Shown piece by piece: positions 55,646-64,000 of a stretch of DNA of 64,000 nucleotides (positions are counted from its first letter, which is position 1; the number at the start of each line of letters is the position of its first letter). The stretch is from Calditrichota bacterium (GTDB lineage Bacteria; Zhuqueibacterota; JdFR-76; BMS3Abin05): positions 12,656-76,655 of the forward strand of contig JAADHR010000179.1 of assembly GCA_013151735.1 (NCBI GenBank). Reading direction: 5' to 3'. Position numbers and translations under genes: made by a program. The notes beneath the pieces are model-generated. The model saw only the letters and a list, made by a program, of their open reading frames with translations. It ran no database searches and was not told where the DNA came from.

Positions 55646-57253
55646 ATGGCCAAGGGAGATGGAACAAAGTATCTGGTCGGAATTTTTTCGATTCTATTTT
55701 TGGTGACCCTGGTAATTGTGGCCGGCGTTGAGACGAAAAAGAGCGAATCTACAAAACCCGAAGTTGAACTAACCGGCAAGAGCAAACAATGTGTCACCTG
55801 TCACGAACGAAAAGGAATCGCCGTTAAACAAATTGAACAGTGGGAAGATAGCAAACATGCGGAATATGGCATTGGATGTATCGAATGCCATGCCGCAAAG
55901 AAAGGCGATTTTGATGCCTTTACCTGTCCGGGTAGTGATATTTTAGTGGGCCGTTACCCGACCCCCAAAGATTGTAGTGTTTGTCATGATAAGGAAGTGA
56001 AAGAATTTGAAAACAGCAAGCATGCTCACCAATTCTGGCTTTTGCATAATGATGACCGTGCCGTGTATGAATTTCCCTCTGCGGTTAAGCACGGATGCGA
56101 ACAATGCCACAGAATTGGAAATATGTGGCCCGACAGCAGCGTGGGCGACTGCTCGGCCTGCCATACCAGGCACTCCTTTAAAATTGCCCAGGCCCGAAAT
56201 CCGAAGACATGCGGAGAATGTCACCTGGGGCCAGACCATCCGCATATTGAGATTTATGAAGAATCCAAGCACGGAAACATCTGGGCGGCCGAAGGAAAAG
56301 ATTGGGACATGGGGTACGAAACGACGAATCACGAAAAAATCCCAATTAAAGCCCCCGTGTGCACAACCTGTCACATGGATGGTAGTCCCACACAGCCCAT
56401 GACCCACAACGTGAGTGCACGCCTGGCCTGGGAGTCACAGGCCCCGTGGAGTTATCGCACGGTCTGGGATGAGGAGCACCTGGGTACCTGGCAGAAAAAA
56501 CGGGAACGTATGAAAGAGATTTGTCTTAACTGTCATGCTCCCGATTTTGTTAATGAATACTTTTTGGAAGCCGACCTTGTCAATCTTCAATACAACGAAA
56601 TTCGGCGTCAGTTTGTTTACTGGAATAAAAAATTGTATAAGGAAAAATTGATGTATCCCTGGAAAACCGGCGACCGCCTCTGGACAAATCCCGTATTGGA
56701 CGGCTATGATCAGGAGCCGGAGCGCGCGAAATATTATGCCTGGCACCATGAAGGACGGCGTTTCCGCCACGGAGCCGAGATGATGGGGGCCGATTTTACC
56801 CAGTGGCATGGCATCTGGGAAGTTCAGCAAGACTTTATTGAAATGCTGAACTGGGCAGCCGACCATGGGGATGCCGAGGCCAAGGTGTGGCAGAAATCCA
56901 ATAATCCCACTAAAATGATTACATTCAAACTATATGATGTTCCAGGGAATGAATGGGGAATCAACACGGAGCTTTATAAACCCAACTTTGTGTACCAGAT
57001 GTTTCCCGATTATTGGACCCGCATTAAATCCAATGTGAAAGCCGCTTATGAAAAGGGACTCCTTTCACAGGATCAATGGGAATTATGGTTGAAGCGATAC
57101 AATAACAAAGAATACTACATGGGTACGAAATTTCCGGAACACCCGAAATGGAAATTCTACAAGGAACGTGATCAAAGGGATCTGAAACACATGAAGGAAT
57201 CGGTTATTGATCTGAATCTTCCGGGAGAATCCTTTTACAAAGACATGCACTGA
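55646..57253 (+). CDS. hao: Octaheme HAO-family cytochrome c (reductive, epsilon-Hao-like nitrite reductase), membrane anchored
   Basis: 8 CxxCH; CHTRHSF..A.AR.P..CGECHLGPDHP..EIY.ESKHG; APVCTTCHM; MMGADFTQWHG. Confidence 0.88.
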   Translation: MAKGDGTKYLVGIFSILFLVTLVIVAGVETKKSESTKPEVELTGKSKQCVTCHERKGIAVKQIEQWEDSKHAEYGIGCIECHAAKKGDFDAFTCPGSDILVGRYPTPKDCSVCHDKEVKEFENSKHAHQFWLLHNDDRAVYEFPSAVKHGCEQCHRIGNMWPDSSVGDCSACHTRHSFKIAQARNPKTCGECHLGPDHPHIEIYEESKHGNIWAAEGKDWDMGYETTNHEKIPIKAPVCTTCHMDGSPTQPMTHNVSARLAWESQAPWSYRTVWDEEHLGTWQKKRERMKEICLNCHAPDFVNEYFLEADLVNLQYNEIRRQFVYWNKKLYKEKLMYPWKTGDRLWTNPVLDGYDQEPERAKYYAWHHEGRRFRHGAEMMGADFTQWHGIWEVQQDFIEMLNWAADHGDAEAKVWQKSNNPTKMITFKLYDVPGNEWGINTELYKPNFVYQMFPDYWTRIKSNVKAAYEKGLLSQDQWELWLKRYNNKEYYMGTKFPEHPKWKFYKERDQRDLKHMKESVIDLNLPGESFYKDMH

Positions 57254-57282
57254 TAAAGACATTCTTGAAAAATTGAGAATAC

Positions 57283-57320
57283 AAGAAGCGGAAGCACGTG
57301 CTTCCGCTTCTTTGGTTTTG
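57283..57320 (+). terminator. Terminator closing the nap-Rieske/cytb-hao operon
   Basis: Perfect palindrome AAGAAGCGGAAGCACGTGCTTCCGCTTCTT plus Ts. Confidence 0.85.
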
Positions 57321-57716
57321 CCTGCCTTTTCTGCAATAAAGTCCCAATTTTTTTCAAATGAGCCGATTTTCTCTTGATTTTTAAAGTTTTTTTTTTAAAT
57401 TAAGATCATACATTTTGATTTTAATTCTCAATTCCTCTATATTTTCGCTAACTATACGAAATTTGTTCAGCAGTCGAATCGGAACAAATTGAAAAAAGTA
57501 TGGTAATAAAGAAATGTGATTTTCCTGCTTTTCCTTGGTTTTAGGAATGTCCGGCTTAGCATTAAATTTAATGAATTATGCTCATATAACCTTCTGTAAA
57601 TGTGTCTGTTTATAAAAACATATCCTTTCAATTCAGATTTTTGTGTACGCATAAAGGAATAAAGTAAGCAAGCAGGCTGTTCCATGACAAACCATTAAAA
57701 AAGGAGGGTTCAATCC

Positions 57717-58298
57717 ATGAGAATTAGAAAAATGAAAATTGGCCTGGGTGTGATGTTTGCCGCCGGCTTAATTTTAACCTGGATGAGCATGGGGATATCC
57801 GGCACACCGCAGGCAAAAAAAGGTCAGTTTAAGTACATTGGCGTATTAAAATGCAAAATGTGCCACAACAGCGCCCGGAAAGGAAATCAATTTAAAATCT
57901 GGAAAAGCAGTCCTCATGCCAAGGCCTATGAAGCTCTTGGAACCGCTGAGGCAAAAGCGATTGCCAAGAAAAAAGGGATTGCTGACCCGCAAAAAAGCCC
58001 GAAATGTTTAAAATGTCATGTAACGGGTTATGGAGAGCCCAAAACGGCTTTTGGACCCAAATATCACATGGAAGATGGGGTTACCTGTGAGGCCTGCCAC
58101 GGTCCGGGATCGGCTTATTGGAAATCAAGTGTGATGCGAAAATTATATAAGGGCCAAATTGATCCCAAAACCGTCGGATACATTCAACCGAATGAAAAAA
58201 CGTGCGTACAATGCCATAATCCGGAAAGTCCGACCTATAAGAAATTTGTTTATGCAAAATTCTGGAAAGAAATTGCCCACAATATTCCCAAGAAATAG
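57717..58298 (+). CDS. Tetraheme cytochrome c554-family protein
   Basis: YIGVLKCKMCH...WKSSPHAKAY, CLKCHVTG, GVTCEACHGPGS, CVQCH; signal peptide. Confidence 0.85.
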   Translation: MRIRKMKIGLGVMFAAGLILTWMSMGISGTPQAKKGQFKYIGVLKCKMCHNSARKGNQFKIWKSSPHAKAYEALGTAEAKAIAKKKGIADPQKSPKCLKCHVTGYGEPKTAFGPKYHMEDGVTCEACHGPGSAYWKSSVMRKLYKGQIDPKTVGYIQPNEKTCVQCHNPESPTYKKFVYAKFWKEIAHNIPKK

Positions 58299-58313
58299 GC
58301 ATTCGAATTTTAG

Positions 58314-58354
58314 AAACACAAAAGCATCTCCAGAAGGAGATGCTTTTGTGTTTT
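58314..58354 (+). terminator. Intrinsic terminator
   Basis: AAACACAAAAGCATCTCC-agaa-GGAGATGCTTTTGTGTTT. Confidence 0.85.
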
Positions 58355-58779
58355 ATAACCCTGGCAAAACGCTTTGGGCACCCATTGGAAAAACCAACCG
58401 CCAAATCATCCTGCGAAAACCATCCTGACACCCTACGTTTTATCGGCTTATCGTTTGCCATCTCGGTCGAATGAATCAAACCCAATAAAGCATGTTGAAT
58501 AATTCAACAAAAATAGGGGCAGATAGGCCTCAAAATCAAAAGCTCTTAAAAAACTGAAAATTTTTATTGATTTTTATTGTGTAAAGTTTAAATTAGTAAG
58601 CAATATTATGAGTATGTTAAATGCGATATAAATCAATCATTAAAAATTCTTTTTGCCTTCAGATTTTACAGGATCATAAAATAGTTTCTCTGAAATTTCA
58701 TATTTGAAAATTATATTTTTAAAAGTGTGTCTGATCAAAATAGGCCCATTTTATCAATAGCAGAAGGAAGGATAGATTG

Positions 58780-60795
58780 ATGATGAAAAAGGCAAAAAGA
58801 TTCGGAACGGTGTTTTCGATTGGCCTGATTTTTATTACGGCGGCCGTATTTTTTATAGACTCTTCCAATCGCGCTTTTGTACACGCCCAGAGCAATCAGG
58901 ATTGCCTGGAATGCCATGGGGACCCGGAGTTTACGGGGGAAAATGAACAGGGGAAAGAGGTTTCCCTGTATGTAAGTGTTGATTCGTTAAAGAATTCCGT
59001 ACATGCCGGTTTGGCCTGTACGGATTGCCATTCCGATGTAAAACAATCCCCGCATGAGGAACGCCCTAAAAAGGTGTCGTGCGAGCAATGTCACGAGGAT
59101 ATTTATCAGAACTTTGTACAGGGCGTCCATGGGAGGGCTTTATTGCGGGGCGATAAGGATGCGCCCAGTTGTGCCACCTGCCATGGATCTCACAATATTC
59201 ATCCGTCAGACGATCCCATTTCACCCACATCGAAACTGAATCAACCCAAAACCTGCGCCAAATGCCACGGGGATCCCGCTTTTAACCAGCGTCACAAGAT
59301 TCCAGTAGCCGATCCCACCCGGGCCTATATGCACAGCATTCACAGCCGGATGCTTCAGCAGGGCAAGAATGCAGCAACGTGTAGCGATTGCCATGGTGCC
59401 CATAAAATCCTTCAGGCATCCAATCCCGATTCAAGAATCAATTCCAAAAATGTTCCGGAAACCTGCGGCAAGTGTCACTACAATGAATACAAACAATTTA
59501 TTGAAAGCATCCATGGAGAGGCGCTTCTTAACGGCGTGGATGATGCTCCCAATTGTACGGATTGTCACGGGGAGCATTCAATTCAGGAGGTGACCAGTAA
59601 AAGTTCCCCGGTGAATCCTGAAAATGTGTCGCAGCAAACCTGTGCCCGATGTCACGCGAATGAAACATTGAACGAAAAATTTGGGATGCCGAATGATCGG
59701 GTGTTGACCTACGAAAACAGTTATCATGGTCTGGCTGTCAGGGGGAAATCCAAAATTGCCGCAAACTGCACCAGTTGTCACGGTGTCCACAATATTTATC
59801 CCTCATGGGATCCGCGTTCTACCGTTAACAAAGACAATCTGGATCGAACCTGCGGGAAATGCCATCCGGGAGCAAGTAAACGGTTTACCGCAATTCCCGT
59901 ACATCAACCCAGAAATCCCGCGGAAGCAAAGGCTGCCGACATTATTACCAGAATCTATATTCTTCTGATCATTTCCGTTATTGGCTCAATGTTCTTTCAC
60001 AATTTCCTGATCTGGCTGCAGGCGGTTATCCGGAAATATAGAAAGATCTTAACTGAACCGTCTATCACCCGGTTCAATAAAAGCATGATTATTCAACACT
60101 TTTTTCTTTTTATCTCATTTACAACCCTCGTAATTACGGGATTTGCTCTCAAATTTCCGGATGCCTTCTGGGTGAAAATTTTGAGCTCCATTGGGCTGCA
60201 TGAATCTATTCGATCGGTTATTCACCGGGTTGCCGGAACGATACTGATTGTAACGAGTTTTTATCATTTATTCTGGCTCTTTTTCAGTAAGCGCGGCCGA
60301 ATTGAATTACGTTATATGGTTCCCGTACTCAAGGACGTAACCGATGCCGTCCACAGTGTGGAATATTATCTGGGCTTTCGTGAAACGAAACCGGAATATG
60401 ATAAGTATGATTATACAGAAAAGGCTGAGTACTGGGCCCTTATCTGGGGCACGGTGGTTATGGGGGCCTCTGGTTTGATTCTTTGGTTTCCGGTTATTGC
60501 AGCCAATCTTTTCGGGGGTTGGATTGTTCCGATTGCTTTGCTTTTCCACTACTTTGAAGCGATACTTGCAACGTTAGCCATTTTGGTATGGCATTTCTTC
60601 TTTGTTATTTTCCACCCGAGCGAATATCCTATGAGTTTGGTCAGTATTACAGGAAAAATGCCGTGCGAAGAATGCAAAAAACATCATGGGTACTGGTACC
60701 GAAAACTTATGCATAAAGAACCCGAGTCTATTCGCCGGATGTTCGATGAGAAGGGTGAGTGTGAGGAGTTGGAAGAATACGATGAAGAGTCGTAA
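58780..60795 (+). CDS. CbcL-like fusion: 11-heme cytochrome c plus FdnI/HydC-type cytochrome b
   Basis: 11 CxxCH, then RF...IIQH..L..SF..L.ITG, IHRVAG, YH, EKAEYWA..WG, LFHYFEA.LA..AILVWHF. Confidence 0.88.
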   Translation: MMKKAKRFGTVFSIGLIFITAAVFFIDSSNRAFVHAQSNQDCLECHGDPEFTGENEQGKEVSLYVSVDSLKNSVHAGLACTDCHSDVKQSPHEERPKKVSCEQCHEDIYQNFVQGVHGRALLRGDKDAPSCATCHGSHNIHPSDDPISPTSKLNQPKTCAKCHGDPAFNQRHKIPVADPTRAYMHSIHSRMLQQGKNAATCSDCHGAHKILQASNPDSRINSKNVPETCGKCHYNEYKQFIESIHGEALLNGVDDAPNCTDCHGEHSIQEVTSKSSPVNPENVSQQTCARCHANETLNEKFGMPNDRVLTYENSYHGLAVRGKSKIAANCTSCHGVHNIYPSWDPRSTVNKDNLDRTCGKCHPGASKRFTAIPVHQPRNPAEAKAADIITRIYILLIISVIGSMFFHNFLIWLQAVIRKYRKILTEPSITRFNKSMIIQHFFLFISFTTLVITGFALKFPDAFWVKILSSIGLHESIRSVIHRVAGTILIVTSFYHLFWLFFSKRGRIELRYMVPVLKDVTDAVHSVEYYLGFRETKPEYDKYDYTEKAEYWALIWGTVVMGASGLILWFPVIAANLFGGWIVPIALLFHYFEAILATLAILVWHFFFVIFHPSEYPMSLVSITGKMPCEECKKHHGYWYRKLMHKEPESIRRMFDEKGECEELEEYDEES

Positions 60796-60829
60796 ATCGA
60801 TTTGCATTGTAAAAAGTAATGCAATCAGC

Positions 60830-60862
60830 AGGCCTTTTCCTTTAACGGAAAAGGCCTTTTTT
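60830..60862 (+). terminator. Intrinsic terminator
   Basis: AGGCCTTTTCC-tttaac-GGAAAAGGCCT plus Ts. Confidence 0.75.
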
Positions 60863-60940
60863 ATTCTGGACAATTCCTACTCGCATTGTCTTATTAGGAA
60901 TGAGAAATAGTCTCAATAATTCTATTTGTGGAGGGTAATC

Positions 60941-61648
60941 ATGGCTCCAGAAAAAAAACCAGAAGAAATTCAACGATTTTCCTGGAATATCCGAATTCAA
61001 CACTTTATTTTGTTGACCAGCATGATCGTTTTATGCCTGACCGGCCTGGCACTCATGTTTCATGATACCTGGTTTGGGCACCTGGTGATCAAACTGGAAG
61101 GAGGATTTGAAGCAAGAGGAATTATTCATCGCATTTTTGCGGTCATTTTGGTCCTCCTTGGAATTTACCATTCATTTTATGTTCTTTTTACGGAAGAAGG
61201 TCATCAAGAGCTTATGAAATTGCTTCCCACATGGAAGGATGTTCAGGATTTCTTTCATTCATGGACCCTTTCCCTGTCCGGGAAAAAAGAAAGCCGGGAA
61301 TTTGGGAAATACAGTTTTATAAATAAAATTCAATACTGGGGTGTGGTCTTGGGATTTATCGTCATGGTTATTTCCGGTGGCATTCTTTGGTTTCGATCCA
61401 TATCGATGGCTATTTTCCCCAAATGGGTAATTGATCTTGTGGTGATTTTTCATGGATGGCAGGGCTTAATCATTTTCATCGTGTTATTCCTGTGGCATCT
61501 CTATAATGTTCATCTGAATCCGGATTATTTTCCAATGAGCAAGGTGTGGCTCACCGGGAAAATCAGCGTTGATGAACTAAAAAGAAAGCATTATCTGGAA
61601 TATGTGGAACTATTTAAAGAAGATGGGGGGAAAGCTAAAGATGAATAA
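60941..61648 (+). CDS. Cytochrome b (FdnI/HydC-type) membrane subunit
   Basis: RFSWNIRIQH, IHR, YH, KIQYWG, FH, WHLYNVH. Confidence 0.85.
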   Translation: MAPEKKPEEIQRFSWNIRIQHFILLTSMIVLCLTGLALMFHDTWFGHLVIKLEGGFEARGIIHRIFAVILVLLGIYHSFYVLFTEEGHQELMKLLPTWKDVQDFFHSWTLSLSGKKESREFGKYSFINKIQYWGVVLGFIVMVISGGILWFRSISMAIFPKWVIDLVVIFHGWQGLIIFIVLFLWHLYNVHLNPDYFPMSKVWLTGKISVDELKRKHYLEYVELFKEDGGKAKDE

Positions 61649-62726
61649 AGGCCGTGTGAAAAAATTTGTGATGGCACCTTTGTTTGTGGCCCTTTTTTTA
61701 TCCGTACTTTATGGGCAAACGACTAATACGAAAAAGACAAAAGCCCTGCAATGGCAAAAATGTCTTTTGTGTCATGCCAAACCGGATCTGAAAAAGGTGA
61801 CAAGAGAGGGACACGTCATTTCGCTTTTTGTTGATCAAAAAAAGCTTTTAAATTCTTCCCATAAGAATATTCGATGTCAGGAGTGTCATATTGATATTGT
61901 GACGATTCCTCACAAGGGCGAAATAAAACGGGTGGATTGTACGCGGTGTCATTATGAAGGAAGCCCGATTGAGCCGAAGGGAACGAAACGGTACACCCAA
62001 TTTCAAAAAAGCGCGCACGGACAGGCGTTACTGAAGGGAAATCCCAAAGCACCCCACTGTCAGGATTGTCACGGGGATCATAACATATTGCCGGCCAAAG
62101 ATTCACGGTCGCAGGTAAACAAATTCAATGTCGTCCGTACCTGCGGGAAATGTCACACGAATGAATATCGGGATTATGAGGAGAGTATTCATGCAAAACT
62201 GCTGAACCAGAAAAAACCCGAGGCGCCTTCCTGTACAGACTGCCACGGTGGTCACACGATTGAGCCTCCCACGCAAAAGAGTTCATCGGTGTACGGCACG
62301 AAAATCCCGGATACCTGTTCCCGATGTCATTCTTCGGTAAAAATTGTTGGAAAATATGGCATTCCGACCCAGCAGGTACTCACCTATGAAGACAGCTTTC
62401 ATGGAATTGCAACGAAATTCGGGGATGAGAAAGCGGCTAATTGCGCCAGTTGTCACGGGTATCACAGCATATTGCCTGCGAGCGATCCACGTTCGCCAAT
62501 CAACAAAAAGAATTTGCCGCACACCTGCGGAAAATGTCATAAAAATGCCAATAAGAATTTTGCAAAGGGGAAGATACATGTCGACCCGCATAGCAAAAGC
62601 TCAGGAATTATCTATTATGTTGGCCTGTTTTTTAAGTATTTAACCATATCTGTTCTTTTTGCATTAATTATACATATTTTTTTGGATCTAAATCGTAAAT
62701 TTCATGAGAAGAAAGAGGAACGATAG
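61641..62726 (+). CDS. Nonaheme cytochrome c with C-terminal membrane anchor
   Basis: 9 CxxCH; paralogous to the heme domain of 58780; C-terminal TM ending IIHIFLD. Confidence 0.88.
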   Translation: MNKGRVKKFVMAPLFVALFLSVLYGQTTNTKKTKALQWQKCLLCHAKPDLKKVTREGHVISLFVDQKKLLNSSHKNIRCQECHIDIVTIPHKGEIKRVDCTRCHYEGSPIEPKGTKRYTQFQKSAHGQALLKGNPKAPHCQDCHGDHNILPAKDSRSQVNKFNVVRTCGKCHTNEYRDYEESIHAKLLNQKKPEAPSCTDCHGGHTIEPPTQKSSSVYGTKIPDTCSRCHSSVKIVGKYGIPTQQVLTYEDSFHGIATKFGDEKAANCASCHGYHSILPASDPRSPINKKNLPHTCGKCHKNANKNFAKGKIHVDPHSKSSGIIYYVGLFFKYLTISVLFALIIHIFLDLNRKFHEKKEER

Positions 62727-62731
62727 TATTT

Positions 62732-63697
62732 ATGAAAGAGGAACCATTAAAAAAGGGTGAAATTGCCGCCATCGAAAAAGATTTAAAGGAGTTTATCCGG
62801 CAGCAGATTCAAGACCATCTTGCAAATGAAGTAAATGAATCCTACGCAGAAGAGCTGGAAAAGAAATTTTTGAACCGGTTTGAACAGCAATTGGATAGGC
62901 TGAAAGGGGAACTTCATCAAGAAATATTGGAAGAAATAGAATATAAAAAGAAACAAATTCTTCACAAGAAAAAGAAGGAACGAAAAGAAAAGGAAACCAT
63001 TCAATCGGTAGAGAGATTCTCACTGAGTATTCGTATCCAGCATGTTATCATGTTCACATCGGTGCTGATTCTCATTTTCACGGGATTACCCATAAAATTT
63101 CACGACGCGGCGCTCTCAAGGTTCTTAATCACGCTATATGGAGGCATTCAAACGACGCGCTTTATTCATCGGATAGGGGCTACAGGCCTGATTTTTGTGG
63201 GTGTTTTTCATCTGATCTATCTCATTTTTACAAAAGACGGACGAAACAATTTTAAGGAGCTCTTTCCAAGTAAAAAAGATTTTATTGATGTATATCAGGC
63301 CATCCGGTATTTTTTGGGACTCAGTGAAGAAAAACCCAAATTTGGCCGGTTTACGTATATTGAAAAATTCGATTATTGGGCGGTGTACTGGGGGATGATT
63401 GTCATGATTGGAACAGGCCTTATTTTGTGGTTTGAAAATATCTCTCTCCGTATTCTGCCAAAATTCATATCGGACATCGCCATCGAAGTGCACAGCGATG
63501 AAGCCATGCTGGCAACACTGGTCATTGTTATCTGGCATTTTTACAATGCTCACTTTAATCCGTCCAAATTTCCGCTGAATAAAACGATTTTTACCGGAAG
63601 AATATCCATCGAAGATTTGAAGGAGGAACATCCTCTCGAATATGAGAAACTCCTTAAAGAAGGAAAAATTCCAAAGCTGGAGGAAGAAGATTCATGA
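62732..63697 (+). CDS. Cytochrome b (FdnI/HydC-type) with N-terminal coiled coil
   Basis: Charged helical N-terminus, then [39 protein letters not shown]. Confidence 0.85.
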   Translation: MKEEPLKKGEIAAIEKDLKEFIRQQIQDHLANEVNESYAEELEKKFLNRFEQQLDRLKGELHQEILEEIEYKKKQILHKKKKERKEKETIQSVERFSLSIRIQHVIMFTSVLILIFTGLPIKFHDAALSRFLITLYGGIQTTRFIHRIGATGLIFVGVFHLIYLIFTKDGRNNFKELFPSKKDFIDVYQAIRYFLGLSEEKPKFGRFTYIEKFDYWAVYWGMIVMIGTGLILWFENISLRILPKFISDIAIEVHSDEAMLATLVIVIWHFYNAHFNPSKFPLNKTIFTGRISIEDLKEEHPLEYEKLLKEGKIPKLEEEDS

Positions 63698-64000
63698 AGA
63701 GTTTCTTGGCCGATTTTTGGAATCTTATACGAAAACATTATCGATTTTTGGTGATGGTTTTTCTCATTATTTTTGGAGTGCTTGTTTTTGTTGATCTTGG
63801 ATTTTATACGTCTTCGGTTATAGCTCCCAAAACGTGTGCTGTCTGCCATTATGAGACATCGGTCGTGAATCGCTGGGAAAATTCCTACCATGCCGACGTC
63901 AGTTGTTCCAAATGTCACACCTACAGTCCGGGAACCTACATTCGATTCATCTGGAAATATTGGACGGGGACATACCGCTTTCAAATCAATCCGCACATTA
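63694..64000 (+). CDS. NapC/NirT-like membrane-anchored cytochrome c, truncated
   Basis: Manual translation MKSFLADFW...TM...PKTCAVCH...[19 protein letters not shown] overlap with the previous stop. Confidence 0.75.
   Translation, partial: MKSFLADFWNLIRKHYRFLVMVFLIIFGVLVFVDLGFYTSSVIAPKTCAVCHYETSVVNRWENSYHADVSCSKCHTYSPGTYIRFIWKYWTGTYRFQINPHI

Noticed and set aside
55646..57253. Evidence for nitrification or anammox
   Set aside because: The HAO appears to lack the cross-link Tyr, no amo or hzs genes are present, and the context is reductive.

Overview
Chromosomal segment of an anaerobic, probably peptide-degrading diderm bacterium. FlgD-type C-terminal domains, a PorV-like barrel and NapM/epsilon-Hao suggest KSB1/Calditrichota-like FCB affinity (inference only). 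I found no CRISPR array, transposase or prophage. Four blocks stand out. (1) 2.7-8.1 kb: a five-GAF histidine kinase and a sigma54 activator, followed by an enhancer, a -24/-12 promoter and a candidate ~125-nt structured sRNA rich in GUGUGG-like motifs. (2) 15-28.4 kb: an operon of a beta-barrel, a dockerin-bearing rod protein, an eight-cohesin scaffoldin-like protein and a PorV-like barrel, with no catalytic domains. (3) 40-57.3 kb: a sigma54-controlled molybdo/tungsto-enzyme and nitrate-ammonification island. It holds a Moco-class riboswitch lacking P3, with a visible terminator/antiterminator, ahead of an ECF-S-like membrane protein and a THEP1 NTPase; then mobA, a degenerate moeA, a porin, napMADGHF and a Rieske/cytochrome b pair coupled to an octaheme reductive HAO. 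(4) 57.7-64 kb: a c554-like cytochrome and a CbcL-like multiheme c/cytochrome b cluster. The rest is four tRNAs, peptidases (two S9, M1, barrel-fused SppA), a serpin, sugar enzymes and small dispersed repeats. All family assignments come from motif recognition by eye, not database searches.
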